64,000 nucleotides of DNA from an uncultured Jannaschia sp. (GTDB lineage Bacteria; Pseudomonadota; Alphaproteobacteria; Rhodobacterales; Rhodobacteraceae), in the NCBI RefSeq assembly GCF_947503795.1, contig NZ_CANNEZ010000003.1, forward strand, positions 150,357-214,356, read 5' to 3'. Positions 7,926 to 17,949 of the stretch are shown piece after piece. Numbering within the stretch: the stretch's first letter is position 1; each line of letters opens with the position of its first letter. The notes below the pieces were generated by a model, which had not been told where the DNA came from, made no database searches, and saw only the letters and a list, made by a program, of their open reading frames with translations. The position numbers and the translations under genes were made by a program.

Positions 7926-9074
7926 ATGGACACCAAACGCGACGAGCTGGCCTCCGCCGAGCGCCGCAATTTTCTCAAGCTGACGGGGACCGGTGCGTTC
8001 ACCGCCGCGATGGTCGCGGGGGGCGCGGGCCTTCTGTGGTCCGACGCCGCCGTGGCCCAGACCCAGAACGAGGAGCGCGAGCGCGAAGCCGCCGCCGAAC
8101 ACACCATGACGATCGCGACGGCCTACGTGCTCGGCGCGTCGCGCAGCTATCCGATCATGCAGCTCGACCTCAAGGAGAACATCCAGAACTCCACCGGCGG
8201 CAAGGTCTACGTCAAGCTGGCCCCCGGCGGTCAGCTCGGGGCGGGCGGCGCGCTGGTGCAGGCCGTGCAGGGCGGCACCATCCAGGCCGCGCAGCACTCG
8301 ATCTCGAACTTCGCGCCCTTCGCGCCGATCACCGACCTGATCAACATGCCGTATCTCTGCGGCTCCAATCAGCGGTTCACCAACCTCGTGCATTCGGATG
8401 TCTGGGCGCAGGAAGTGAACCCCAAGGTCGAGGAAGCCGGCTTCAAGCCGCTCTTCTACGTCAATATCGACCCGCGGGTCGTCGCGGTCCGCGCCGGTGG
8501 CGCCGGTCCCGTGCTGACGCCGAGCGACCTTTCGGGCGTGAAGTTCCGCGTGCCCGGCTCGGAGATGCTGCAGCAGTACTATCGCATGGTCGGCGCCAAC
8601 CCGACGCCGGTGGCCTGGGGCGAGACGCCCTCGGCGATCAAGCAGGGCGTGGCCGACGCGCTCGATCCTTCGGTCGGTGCGCTCTACGTGTTCGGCTTCA
8701 AGGACATCCTGAGCCACGTCACCTTCACGCAGGCGGTCCCGGACAGTCAGGTCTATTCGTGCAACCTCGAGTGGTTCAACTCGATGCCCGCCGATGTGCA
8801 GGACGGCATTATGGAGGCCTCGGAGTTCTCGCGGCACCAGAACCTCGCCAAGGTCCCCTCGGCCCGCGCCTATGCCATGGCCGAGCTGATGAAGGCCAAC
8901 GTGGAGTTCCACAGCCTCAGCGACGATCAGCTGGCCGAATGGCAGGATGCCGGCGGCTACCAGAATTCCGACTGGGACAGCTTCAAGATGGAGCTGGCGG
9001 GGTCGATGGACACCTTCGCCAAGCTCGAGGAAGCCGCCGGAACCCAAGGCCGCTACTACGTGCACGACGCCTGA
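7926..9074 (+). CDS. TRAP transporter substrate-binding protein (DctP family) with Tat-type signal
   Basis: 382 aa with an RRNFLKLTGTGAFTAAMVAGGAG twin-arginine leader and a DctP-like body. RBS GGGAGGA. Confidence 0.9.
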   Translation: MDTKRDELASAERRNFLKLTGTGAFTAAMVAGGAGLLWSDAAVAQTQNEEREREAAAEHTMTIATAYVLGASRSYPIMQLDLKENIQNSTGGKVYVKLAPGGQLGAGGALVQAVQGGTIQAAQHSISNFAPFAPITDLINMPYLCGSNQRFTNLVHSDVWAQEVNPKVEEAGFKPLFYVNIDPRVVAVRAGGAGPVLTPSDLSGVKFRVPGSEMLQQYYRMVGANPTPVAWGETPSAIKQGVADALDPSVGALYVFGFKDILSHVTFTQAVPDSQVYSCNLEWFNSMPADVQDGIMEASEFSRHQNLAKVPSARAYAMAELMKANVEFHSLSDDQLAEWQDAGGYQNSDWDSFKMELAGSMDTFAKLEEAAGTQGRYYVHDA

Positions 9075-9096
9075 TCGGCGCCACCTCGCACCTGAC

Positions 9097-9122
9097 GCGC
9101 GGCCCCCGATCCGGGGCCGCGC
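9097..9122 (+). other. GC-rich intercistronic stem-loop after the TRAP SBP gene
   Basis: GCGCGGCCCC-cgatcc-GGGGCCGCGC gives a 10-bp perfect stem 23 nt after the stop. Confidence 0.5.
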
Positions 9123-9151
9123 ACCCCACCCCACTGCCCGAAGGACGCGCC

Positions 9152-9667
9152 ATGCGACCGATCATTCAGGCCCTCGACAAGAACGCCGAACGCTGGGCGC
9201 TTCTGGTCTTCTACGTGATGCTCGTCGGCACGATGTTCATCGAAGTCGTCCGCCGCGAGGTCTTCTCCTACTCCTCGATCTGGGGCGAGGAGATCGTCCG
9301 CTACAGCTTCATCTATCTCGCCTGGATCGGGGCCGCCGCCGCCGTCCGCGAACGCGGCCATATCCGCATCGACGTGCTGATGAACTACGTCCCGCCGCGC
9401 GTGAAGGCGGCGCTCTACATCCTCGGCGACCTCGTGATGTTCTTCGTCGCGGCCATCGCCTTTTACTGGTCTCTGGAGACGGCGCTCGTCTCGGCCAAGT
9501 TCGGCTCGGTGACCCACGGCCTGCGCATCAGCCAGGTCTGGTTCCTGATGGCGGTCCCCATCGGCTTCGGCCTGATGATGTTCCGGCTCATCCAATCCTT
9601 CCTGCGCGATCTGCGCGACCTTCGGGACGGACGCGCCGTCTACGAGGGTGACAAGCTCTTCGACTGA
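9152..9667 (+). CDS. TRAP transporter small permease (DctQ family)
   Basis: The last 171 aa of the spurious 6401..9667 ORF start at MRPIIQALDKNAERWALLVFYVMLVG. Four TM segments typical of DctQ. Confidence 0.9.
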   Translation: MRPIIQALDKNAERWALLVFYVMLVGTMFIEVVRREVFSYSSIWGEEIVRYSFIYLAWIGAAAAVRERGHIRIDVLMNYVPPRVKAALYILGDLVMFFVAAIAFYWSLETALVSAKFGSVTHGLRISQVWFLMAVPIGFGLMMFRLIQSFLRDLRDLRDGRAVYEGDKLFD

Positions 9668-9678
9668 GGGGACGCGCC

Positions 9679-11010
9679 ATGCTCTGGAACCAGCTTCAGG
9701 AACAGACGGTCATCCTGGGATGGGACTTCTACGTTCCCGTGATCCTCTTCGTCCTGCTCGTCGCCCTCGCCGTGCCCGTTTGGGCCGCGATCGGCGTCGC
9801 CGCCATCTCGATGCTCATGCTCTCCGGCGCGCTGCCGCTCAGCCTCGTGGGCGAGAGCCTGTTTCACGGGATCGACCACTTCGCGCTGACGGCCGTGCCG
9901 CTCTTCATCCTGACGGGCGACGTGCTGGTGCGGACCGGCCTCAGCCGCAAGTTCCTCGACGTGGCCGAGGCTCTGACCTGCTGGGCCAAGGGCGGCTTCG
10001 GCTCGGCCACGGTCCTCGTCTGCGGCATGTTCGCCGCCATCTCGGGCTCGGACGCCGCGGGCGCGGCCGCCGTCGGTCGGATGACGATCGACCGCCTGGT
10101 CGAGAGCGGCTACCCCCGGCCCTATGCCTGCGCCCTCGTCGCCGCGGGTGCCTGTACCGGCATCCTCATCCCGCCTTCGATCGCCTATATCATCATCGGC
10201 CTCGTCCTCGGCATTTCGGCCTCGACGCTGTTCCTCGCCGCGCTGATCCCCGGCCTCTGCATCCTCGTGTCGATTCTCGTGACCAACATCGTCATGAACC
10301 GCCTCAACCTCTGGGAGGGCGGCGGCATCCTGACCACGGGCGAATGGGCCGCCAATCTGGGTCGGGCGCTGAAGTCGGGCTGGTACGCCTTCATCGTCCC
10401 CGGCATCATCTTCTACGGCATCTTCTCGGGGCGCCTGACCCCGACCGAAGCCGGCGCCGTGGCCGTTGTCGTGACGATCCTGATGGGTTTCGGCCTGCGC
10501 ACCCTGAAGCTGTCGGATTTCCCGGCGATGCTGGTCTCCTCGGCCAAGGTCAACGGCGTCATCCTGCCCATCATCGCCTTCTCCCTGCCGCTCGCGCAGG
10601 CGCTCGCGATCATGGGCGTGCCGCAGGGCTTCGTGACCGCCGTCACCTCGCTGACCGAAGATCCGACGCTCCTGATCCTCCTGATGGTCGGCATCCTGAT
10701 CGCTGCCGGCTGCGTCATGGAGACGACGCCGAACATCGTCATCCTCGCGCCGATCCTGAAGCCGCTGGCCGACAATATCGGCATGAACGAGATCCAGTTC
10801 TGCATCATGATGATCACCGCGCTGGGCGTCGGTTTCATCACGCCGCCCCTTGGCCTCAACCTCTTCGTGGTGTCCGGGATCACGGGCGAGTCGATCCTCA
10901 AGATCGCATGGCGCGCCATTCCCTTCGTGTTCTTCATGCTGATCGTGACGTTGATCATCGCGCTCTATCCGCCGATCTCCACCGCGCTCCTGCCCGACAT
11001 CTACAAGTGA
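9679..11010 (+). CDS. TRAP transporter large permease (DctM family)
   Basis: 443-aa polytopic membrane protein with DctM-type sequence. Confidence 0.9.
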   Translation: MLWNQLQEQTVILGWDFYVPVILFVLLVALAVPVWAAIGVAAISMLMLSGALPLSLVGESLFHGIDHFALTAVPLFILTGDVLVRTGLSRKFLDVAEALTCWAKGGFGSATVLVCGMFAAISGSDAAGAAAVGRMTIDRLVESGYPRPYACALVAAGACTGILIPPSIAYIIIGLVLGISASTLFLAALIPGLCILVSILVTNIVMNRLNLWEGGGILTTGEWAANLGRALKSGWYAFIVPGIIFYGIFSGRLTPTEAGAVAVVVTILMGFGLRTLKLSDFPAMLVSSAKVNGVILPIIAFSLPLAQALAIMGVPQGFVTAVTSLTEDPTLLILLMVGILIAAGCVMETTPNIVILAPILKPLADNIGMNEIQFCIMMITALGVGFITPPLGLNLFVVSGITGESILKIAWRAIPFVFFMLIVTLIIALYPPISTALLPDIYK

Positions 11011-11018
11011 GGTCCGAC

Positions 11019-12326
11019 ATGCCCATCGAATATCTCAAGAAGGCCACCCTCACCGCGACTTCGGACGCCTCCGACGTGCACGAGACGGTCAAGGGCATCC
11101 TCGACGCGATCGAGGCGGGTGGCGACGCCGTCGCGATGGACTACGCCGCCAAGTTCGACCGCTACGAGGGCAACGTCCTCCTCACCGCCGAGGAAATCGA
11201 CGCGGCCATCGCGCAGGTCCCCGAGAAGCTGAAGGCCGATATCCGGTTCGCTCATGCCAACGTGAAGAAATTCGCCGAGGCGCAGAAGGCGACCGTCAGC
11301 GATGTCGAGGTCGAGATCATCCCGGGCCTCGTCGCAGGACAGAAGGCGATCCCGGTCGATGCCGCGGGCTGCTACGTGCCCGGCGGCCGCTACAGCCACA
11401 TCGCCTCGGCCGTCATGACGGTCACCACCGCCAAGGTCGCGGGCTGCAACCACATCGCCGTCGCCTCGCCGCCCCGGCCCGGCATCGGCATCGCGCCCGC
11501 CATCGTCTACGCCGCGCATATCTGCGGCGCCGACAAGATCCTCGCCATGGGCGGCGTCCAGGGCGTGGCGGCGATGACCTTCGGGTTGTTCGGCCTCCCC
11601 AAGGCCAACATCCTCGTCGGGCCCGGCAACCAGTTCGTCGCCGAGGCCAAGCGCATCCTCTTCGGACGCGTCGGCATCGACATGATCGCGGGCCCGACGG
11701 ATTCGCTGGTGCTCGCCGACAAGGACGCCGACCCGATGATCGCCGCCACCGACCTCGTGAGCCAGGCCGAGCACGGCTACAACTCGCCCGTCTGGCTGGT
11801 GACCGACGACCGCGCCATGGCCGACCGCGTGATGGAGCTGGTGCCCGAACTGATCGACGACCTGCCCGAGCTGAACCGCGACAACGCTCGCGCCGCTTGG
11901 CGCGACTACGCCGAAGTGATCCTCTGCGCCAACCGCGAGGAGATGGCCGCCACATCGGACGCCTACGCGCCCGAGCACCTGACCGTGCTTTGCGAGGATC
12001 TCGACTGGTGGCTGGATCGCCTCACCTGCTACGGCTCGCTCTTCCTCGGCGAGGAGACGACGGTCAGCTTCGGCGACAAGGCGTCGGGCACGAACCACGT
12101 CCTGCCGACCTCGCGCGCGGCGACCTATACGGGCGGCCTCTCGGTCCACAAGTACATGAAGATCGTCACCTGGCAGCGCTCTACCCGCGAGGCGGCGCGC
12201 GAAGTCGCCATCGCCACCGCCCGCATCTCGCGGCTGGAGGGGATGGAGGGCCATGCCCGCGCCGCAGACATCCGGCTCGCCAAGTTCTTCCCGGGCGAGA
12301 ATTTCGACCTCAGCCCCACGGGCTGA
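11019..12326 (+). CDS. histidinol dehydrogenase family protein (HisD paralogue; candidate sulfopropanediol 3-dehydrogenase HpsN)
   Basis: 435 aa starting MPIEYLKKATL within ORF 9648..12326. HisD-family motifs are present (GGRYSHIASAVM, LVSQAEHGYNS, GDKASGTNHVLPT). It sits between TRAP and dehydrogenase genes, not in a his operon. Confidence 0.8.
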   Translation: MPIEYLKKATLTATSDASDVHETVKGILDAIEAGGDAVAMDYAAKFDRYEGNVLLTAEEIDAAIAQVPEKLKADIRFAHANVKKFAEAQKATVSDVEVEIIPGLVAGQKAIPVDAAGCYVPGGRYSHIASAVMTVTTAKVAGCNHIAVASPPRPGIGIAPAIVYAAHICGADKILAMGGVQGVAAMTFGLFGLPKANILVGPGNQFVAEAKRILFGRVGIDMIAGPTDSLVLADKDADPMIAATDLVSQAEHGYNSPVWLVTDDRAMADRVMELVPELIDDLPELNRDNARAAWRDYAEVILCANREEMAATSDAYAPEHLTVLCEDLDWWLDRLTCYGSLFLGEETTVSFGDKASGTNHVLPTSRAATYTGGLSVHKYMKIVTWQRSTREAAREVAIATARISRLEGMEGHARAADIRLAKFFPGENFDLSPTG

Positions 12327-12327
12327 C

Positions 12328-13083
12328 ATGGTCCCCGCCCCCGAGCTTTCGGGCCACGTCGCCCTCGTCACCGGTGCGTCCTCGGGGCTCGGGCGCCGCG
12401 CCGCGCTGACGCTCGCGCGCGCCGGCGCCCGCGTCGTCGCCGTCGCCCGCCGGGCCGAGGCGCTGGACGCGCTGGTGGCCGAGGGCCCCGACCGCGCCAT
12501 TGCCCCCCTGCCCTGGGACCTGACCGACCGCGCGTCGCTACCCGACCTCGCGCGGGCGGCGGCAACGCCCTTCGGCGCCCCCGACATCGCGGTCCACGCG
12601 GCGGGCCTGAACCCCCGGCAGGCCGCGGACGACGTCACCCGCGAGGCCTGGGACGCGACGCTCGACCTCAATCTCGCGGTGCCGTTCTTCCTCAGCTTGG
12701 CGCTCGTTCCCGCGATGCGCAGCAAGGGCTGGGGTCGGATCGTCACCTTCGCTTCGCTCCAGTCGACGCGCGCCTTTCCTGCCGGTCTGGCCTACGGCGC
12801 GTCCAAGGGCGGCGTGGCCCAGCTCACCCGCGCGATGGCCGAAGCCTGGTCGCGGCACGGCATCACCGCCAACGCTATCGGCCCCGGCTTCTTCGAAACC
12901 GAGCTGACAGCCGCCGTCTTCGCCGACCCCGACCGCGCCGCGCGCAACGCCGCCCAGACCTGCATCGGCCGCAACGGCCGCCCCGAGGACATGGACGGGC
13001 CGCTCCTGTTCCTCTGCTCGGACGCCTGCGCCTACGTGACGGGTCAGGTGCTCATGGTCGATGGCGGCTTCACCGCGAAATAG
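12328..13083 (+). CDS. SDR family oxidoreductase (HpsO-like by context)
   Basis: Start MVPAPELSGHVALVTGASSGLGRR lies 1 nt after the upstream stop. TGxxxGxG motif and YGASK catalytic motif. Confidence 0.85.
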   Translation: MVPAPELSGHVALVTGASSGLGRRAALTLARAGARVVAVARRAEALDALVAEGPDRAIAPLPWDLTDRASLPDLARAAATPFGAPDIAVHAAGLNPRQAADDVTREAWDATLDLNLAVPFFLSLALVPAMRSKGWGRIVTFASLQSTRAFPAGLAYGASKGGVAQLTRAMAEAWSRHGITANAIGPGFFETELTAAVFADPDRAARNAAQTCIGRNGRPEDMDGPLLFLCSDACAYVTGQVLMVDGGFTAK

Positions 13084-13091
13084 GAGTTGCC

Positions 13092-14075
13092 ATGAAGGCC
13101 CTTGTCCAGACCGCGCCCGAGGCCCTCGCACTCCGCGAGGTGCCGGACCCGCAGGTCCCGCCCGGCCACCATCTCGTGCGGATCGCGCACTCGGGCATCT
13201 GCGGGTCGGACATGCATGCCTATCTCGGCCATGACGCACGGCGGCCCACACCGCTCATCCTCGGGCACGAGGCCGCGGGCACGATCGAGGGCGGCCCCCG
13301 GCGCGGCGAACGCGTGACGATCAACCCGCTCGTGACCTGCGGCACCTGTCCCGCCTGCCGGTCGGGCCGCGACAACCTCTGCGCGACGCGCCAGATCATC
13401 TCGATGCCGCCCCGCGAGGGCGCCTTCGCCGAGGCCGTCGCCATGCCGGGCGCGAACCTCATCCCCATCCCCGACGACACCGCCTTCGCACAGGCCGCGC
13501 TGGCCGAACCCATCGCTTGCGGCTGGCACACCGTTCGCCTGGCCCGCGGCGCGCTGGACGGCGCCGCTGCGACCGCGCTGGTCATCGGGGGCGGCGCCAT
13601 CGGGCTGGGGGCCGCGCTGTCGCTTGCCGCGCAAGGCGTCGAGACGGTGACCATTCTCGAGCCTAATGCCGCGCGCCGCGCCACGCTCGAGACGACGTGC
13701 CGCCAGACCGCCATCGCGCCAAACGACCTCGATCCGGGCGCGCAGTTCGACCTCGTCATCGACGGCGTCGGTTATGCCGCAACCCGCGCGACGGCCTCGG
13801 CCCATGCGCGCCCCGGCGGCGTGATCGGCCATATCGGGCTGGGCGAGGCCGAGGGCGGGCTCGATATCCGGCGCATGACACTGCAGGAGATCACCTTCAT
13901 CGGCACCTATACCTACACCGCCGCCGATTTCCGCGAGACAGTGGCGGCCATCACCGACGGCCGCCTCGGGCCGCTCGACTGGACCGAAACGCGACCCCTG
14001 TCCGAAGGCGCACAGGCCTTCGCGGATATCCGTGCCGGGGCCGTCGCCGCCCCGAAGGTCCTTCTGGTGCCCTGA
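13092..14075 (+). CDS. zinc-dependent alcohol dehydrogenase (MDR family; HpsP-like by context)
   Basis: 327 aa with GICGSDMHAY, GHEAAG, the structural-Zn Cys cluster CGTCPACRSGRDNLC, and RBS AGGAG. Confidence 0.85.
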   Translation: MKALVQTAPEALALREVPDPQVPPGHHLVRIAHSGICGSDMHAYLGHDARRPTPLILGHEAAGTIEGGPRRGERVTINPLVTCGTCPACRSGRDNLCATRQIISMPPREGAFAEAVAMPGANLIPIPDDTAFAQAALAEPIACGWHTVRLARGALDGAAATALVIGGGAIGLGAALSLAAQGVETVTILEPNAARRATLETTCRQTAIAPNDLDPGAQFDLVIDGVGYAATRATASAHARPGGVIGHIGLGEAEGGLDIRRMTLQEITFIGTYTYTAADFRETVAAITDGRLGPLDWTETRPLSEGAQAFADIRAGAVAAPKVLLVP

Positions 14076-14084
14076 CCGGAAGGG

Positions 14085-16794
14085 ATGCTAGCCCTCGGGT
14101 CGAAGACGACGGGGCCGCGCAGCATGTTCGAGATGACCTTCGCCCTCGGGGCCATCGCCGCCCTTCTCGCGATTCCGGTCGGGCTCGTCGTACTCGCCGT
14201 GCGCTCTGTCCGGCAGGGACGCCGCATCGCGGCACTCGAAGCCGCGCTCGCCGCGATCGACCGACCCGAGGCGCCCGCACGCCAACCGATCGCCGCGCCG
14301 ACCGCACCCGACCCGGCCGTCGCCGCGCCGAACCCATGGACCACGCCCCCTAGGCCCGAACCCGTCCCGGCCGAGGCCTCCGCGCCTCCGCCCGAGCCGG
14401 TCCTCCCCCAGCCGCCCGGCCTCCTCACCCGCGGCGCGGCTTGGCTTGCGGCGAACTGGTTCCTTGCGGCGGCCGCGGCGTCCCTTGCCCTCGCGGGCAT
14501 CTTCCTCGTGCAGTACGGCGCCGAGCGGGGCGTCTTCCCGCCCGTCGTGCGCATCGGCACGGCGCTTGCGTTCGCGGCGGCCCTGATCGTCGCGGGCGAG
14601 GTGATCCGGCAGCGCTTTGGCGACGCGCCCGAATCCGGCGCCACCCTGACGCTCGGGATCCCGTCGGTGCTGTCGGGGGCCGGCATCGTGACCGCCTATG
14701 GTGCTGTTCTCGGCGCGATCCATCTTTACGGCCTCATCGGACCGCTGGCGGGTCTGACCGCCATCGTCGCGATTTCGCTCCTGTCGGTCGTCCTCGGCTG
14801 GTTCCACGGCCCCGTCCTCGTCGCGACCGGTCTGATCGGCGGCGCGCTCTCGCCCTTCGTGGTTGGCGGTGGTGGCGAGGATCTGTCGCTGCTCCACGGC
14901 TACTATGCCGCGCTGGCCCTGCTCGGGCTCGCCATCGACGCCGTCCGCCGCTGGCCCGGTCGCTGGGTGTCCTGGCTGGCGCTCGGCGCGGGTCTCGGCG
15001 GTTCGATCCTGATCCACGCGTCCGACCCGGACAGCGCGCCGGCTCACACGGTCGCGATTGGTGTGATCACGCTCCTTGCGCTCACCTTCCCCGCCGGGCG
15101 CAGCGTCCCGGTCCATCCCGGTCGGATGGTCACCGAATGGCTCACGCGTCGCCGGATGCCCGATCCGTCGACCCTCATGGCGGCGGCCACGATCGCGATC
15201 GGATCACTGGTCGCCTACGGCCTCGCCCGGCAGGATGTCCTTCTCGGCGCGGGCCTTGCTGCGGCTCTATTCCTTGCGATCTCGCTCTTCGGCCGGCATG
15301 CCCGTGCCCTCCAGGACCAAGCTCTGCCGCCGGTCGCGGCGCTCCTGGCGATGGCGCCACTCGCCTGGGCGCGCACGCCCGAACCGCTCGAGCCGAATGT
15401 CGTGCCCGAGGGTCTTCCCGAGGGCGCTTTCGTCATCCTCGCGCTTCTGGTCGTCAGCGCGATCGTCTCGGTCGTGGCCTTCCTGCGCAGCCGAGACCGG
15501 GCTCCGACCTGGAGCACGCCTTGGGCGCTCGGGGCTGTGATCACGTTCCCGGCAATGGGCCTCCTGCTGCATGTCACGGCGAACGCGCCCGCGATCCTGG
15601 GCGCCTACCCTTGGGCGCTGATCGCGATGGCGGCGGCGGCAGCGCTGACAGGGGCCGCGGCGCTCTGGGCGCGGGCCGGGGCGCGGCGTTCAGTGGCCAT
15701 TGCGGGCCTCATGGCAACGACGCTGATCGGCTACGGGCTCGGATGGCTGATCGGTGACACCGCCCTGACCGTCGCTGTCGCGGGGCTCGCCTTCGGCGCG
15801 GCGTGGCTGGCGCGCCGCCTGTCCCTGCCGGAACTCGGCTGGTTCGTCATCCTCGCCGCGCCCTTTGTGACATGGCGCCTGATGGCCGATCCGGGCCTCG
15901 CCTGGCACATCGAGACCGGACCGATCCTCGAAGCCTCCGCCGCGATGGCCCTGCCCGCGATCCTCTTCTGGCTTGCACGCGGACAGCTGACGGGCCTCCC
16001 GCGCCCGGCATCCGCCGCCGCCGACGTGGCCGAGATGGCCGCGCTCGGGGTGGCCGGTTTCACGCTGACGGCGTGGTTGATCCGCGGCATGGAGGCGCTC
16101 GACATCGACACCGGCCACGCGACGGCGGGCCTCATCACGACGATCTGGTTCGGACTGGCCGCGACGCAACTCGAACTCGTCCGCCGGCGGAGCGGTCTCA
16201 GACGGCCCCGTCTCGCGGTTGCGGTGCTGTTCGGCATTCTGGGCCTCGGCGCGCTCTTGGTCGGTGCGACGCTCATCTCGCCGCTCGTGGGCGTCTTCAG
16301 CCAGCCGGTCGCGGGCCCGCCCGTGCTCAACACGCTGATCCCCGCCTATCTCGTCCCGGCTGTGGCCCTTCTGGTGATGGGACGGCGGGTTCGGACGTCG
16401 CATCCTCAAGGGCGCAGGCCTCGCGACGGCGGCCTATTGGGGCATTCTCGCCATCCGCCACGCGATCCGCGGCGCGGGCGAGATGTCGATCGACGACGGC
16501 ATCGCCTCGTCCGAGATGGTCGTCTACACCGTGGCGCTGATCGTGCTGGGCGCGGTGCTCTTCTGGCAGGGACTGGCGCGCGGCGCGCCTACGCTGCGAC
16601 GTGCGGGCACGCTTGTGCTGGGTGCGACGGTCGCGAAGGTCTTCCTCGTGGATGCAGCCGCGTTGGGCGGGCTCTTCCGGGTCACGGCGTTCCTTGCGCT
16701 GGGCCTCGCGCTGATCGGGCTGACATGGGTGGACCGTTGGGCCAGCGCACGGGCTGCCGCCGCGCGCGACGGCGATTCGCCGGATGACGGGTGA
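14085..16794 (+). pseudogene. DUF2339-type polytopic membrane protein, interrupted by a 1-nt frameshift near 16378-16392
   Basis: ORF 14085..16787 reads as a hydrophobic multi-TM protein up to ...AVALLVMG, then becomes Arg/Gly-rich nonsense. The +1 frame (open from 16378 to the stop at 16794) continues as plausible membrane protein (DGGFGRRILKGAGLATAAYWGILAIRH...KVFLVDAAALGGLFRVTAFLALGL). A possible start is also at 14124. Confidence 0.7.
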
Positions 16795-16820
16795 GCGGCG
16801 GTTCGGTTGACCGCCCGGTC

Positions 16821-16844
16821 GAAACTTTCCTAATGTAAAATTAG
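16821..16844. promoter_or_regulatory. AT-rich motif GAAACTTTCCTAATGTAAAATTAG upstream of the LacI-family gene
   Basis: Shares GAAACTT-CC-N-ATGTAAA with the site at 17950-17973. It contains CTAAT-N5-ATTAG. Confidence 0.3.
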
Positions 16845-16916
16845 ACACGGCGCGTGTGGCATTTCCCTTGCCGATTCCGCGGACCGGTCGACTGATCCAC
16901 GCATCGGACCCTTCGT

Positions 16917-17948
16917 ATGGCACCGGAAAAAATCCCGAACATGGAAGCCTTTGCCCGCGTCAGCGGGATCTCGCGGCCAACGATCTCGAAATATTTCCAC
17001 GACCCGGACAGCGTGCGAAAATCGACGCGTGCGAAAATCGAGCAGGCGCTCGAGACCTACGATTACAGCCCCAACATCTACGCCATCAACCAGAACCGCC
17101 GTCTGACCAAGACCGTCGGCATCGTTGTGCCCTATCTCGCCGACCCGTTCTTTGCCGAGATGGCGCGCAATATCGAGCGGCGCTGCATCGATGGCGGCTT
17201 CTCTCCGCTGCTTTTCAGCTCCCACGGCGACGCGCAGCTCGAGGTCCAGATCCTCGATAGCCTTCGATCGCTGAAGCCCGCGGGCGTTCTACTGGCACCG
17301 CTGGGTCGGATCACCGACCGCACCGCTGCCGAGCGGTTCTGCGCGGATGTGCCCACCGTCCTGTTCGACAGCAATATCGAAGGCTTGGGAGAAGCTTTCG
17401 TGGGGTCCGACAATTACAGCTTCGTCAACCAGAGCGTCGACTACCTGGTGGCGACGGGAGAGCCACCTTGCCTCTTCGAGATGGCGCATCCCGCGAACCC
17501 GAACGCCAACAAGCGAAGGTTGGCCTATCTGGCCGCGATGGAACGGCATGGACTGGAGCCGCATCTCGTGCGCATCGAGGGCACCGGCTGGGGGTTCGAG
17601 CAGATCGGCTACGAGGCGGGGATGGCGGCCATCGCCGATCGGTCGCTGCCGTCCAGAACCATCCTGTGCAGCAACGACCGGCTTGCGATCGGGCTCCTGT
17701 CGGCCTGCTACGAATCCGGCCTGAAGGTCGGCCGGGGGACGGGATGCGCATTGCGGATCGCGTCCCACGACGACCATCCGTTCTCCCGATACACCAGCCC
17801 CGCGCTGACGACCGTGGCCCATGATTACGAGGCCGTCTCGAACCGCAGCGTCGAGGCGCTTTTCGAGTTGATCGCGAGCGGCGGACGCTTCGCGGCGCGG
17901 ACCGAATCCCTGTTCGCGGCGCGCCTAATCTTACGGCACTCTGCCTGA
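16917..17948 (+). CDS. LacI family transcriptional regulator (adjacent to the polyol operon)
   Basis: 343 aa with HTH MEAFARVSGISRPTISKYF and a sugar-binding-type effector domain. Confidence 0.85.
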   Translation: MAPEKIPNMEAFARVSGISRPTISKYFHDPDSVRKSTRAKIEQALETYDYSPNIYAINQNRRLTKTVGIVVPYLADPFFAEMARNIERRCIDGGFSPLLFSSHGDAQLEVQILDSLRSLKPAGVLLAPLGRITDRTAAERFCADVPTVLFDSNIEGLGEAFVGSDNYSFVNQSVDYLVATGEPPCLFEMAHPANPNANKRRLAYLAAMERHGLEPHLVRIEGTGWGFEQIGYEAGMAAIADRSLPSRTILCSNDRLAIGLLSACYESGLKVGRGTGCALRIASHDDHPFSRYTSPALTTVAHDYEAVSNRSVEALFELIASGGRFAARTESLFAARLILRHSA

Positions 17949-17949
17949 C

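Noticed and set aside
6401-9667. 1088-aa plus-strand ORF covering the LacI gene, the intergenic region and the TRAP SBP gene
   Set aside because: Only the last 171 codons (9152-9667, DctQ) look like protein. The rest is Arg-rich noise overlapping well-supported genes in other frames or strands, and it crosses an intergenic operator region.
11019-12326. Interpreting the HisD-family gene as the housekeeping histidinol dehydrogenase
   Set aside because: It is embedded in a TRAP-transporter and dehydrogenase catabolic operon under a LacI-type repressor, with no other his genes nearby. This cannot be fully excluded without the rest of the genome, so it is reported as a paralogue with a context-based hypothesis.
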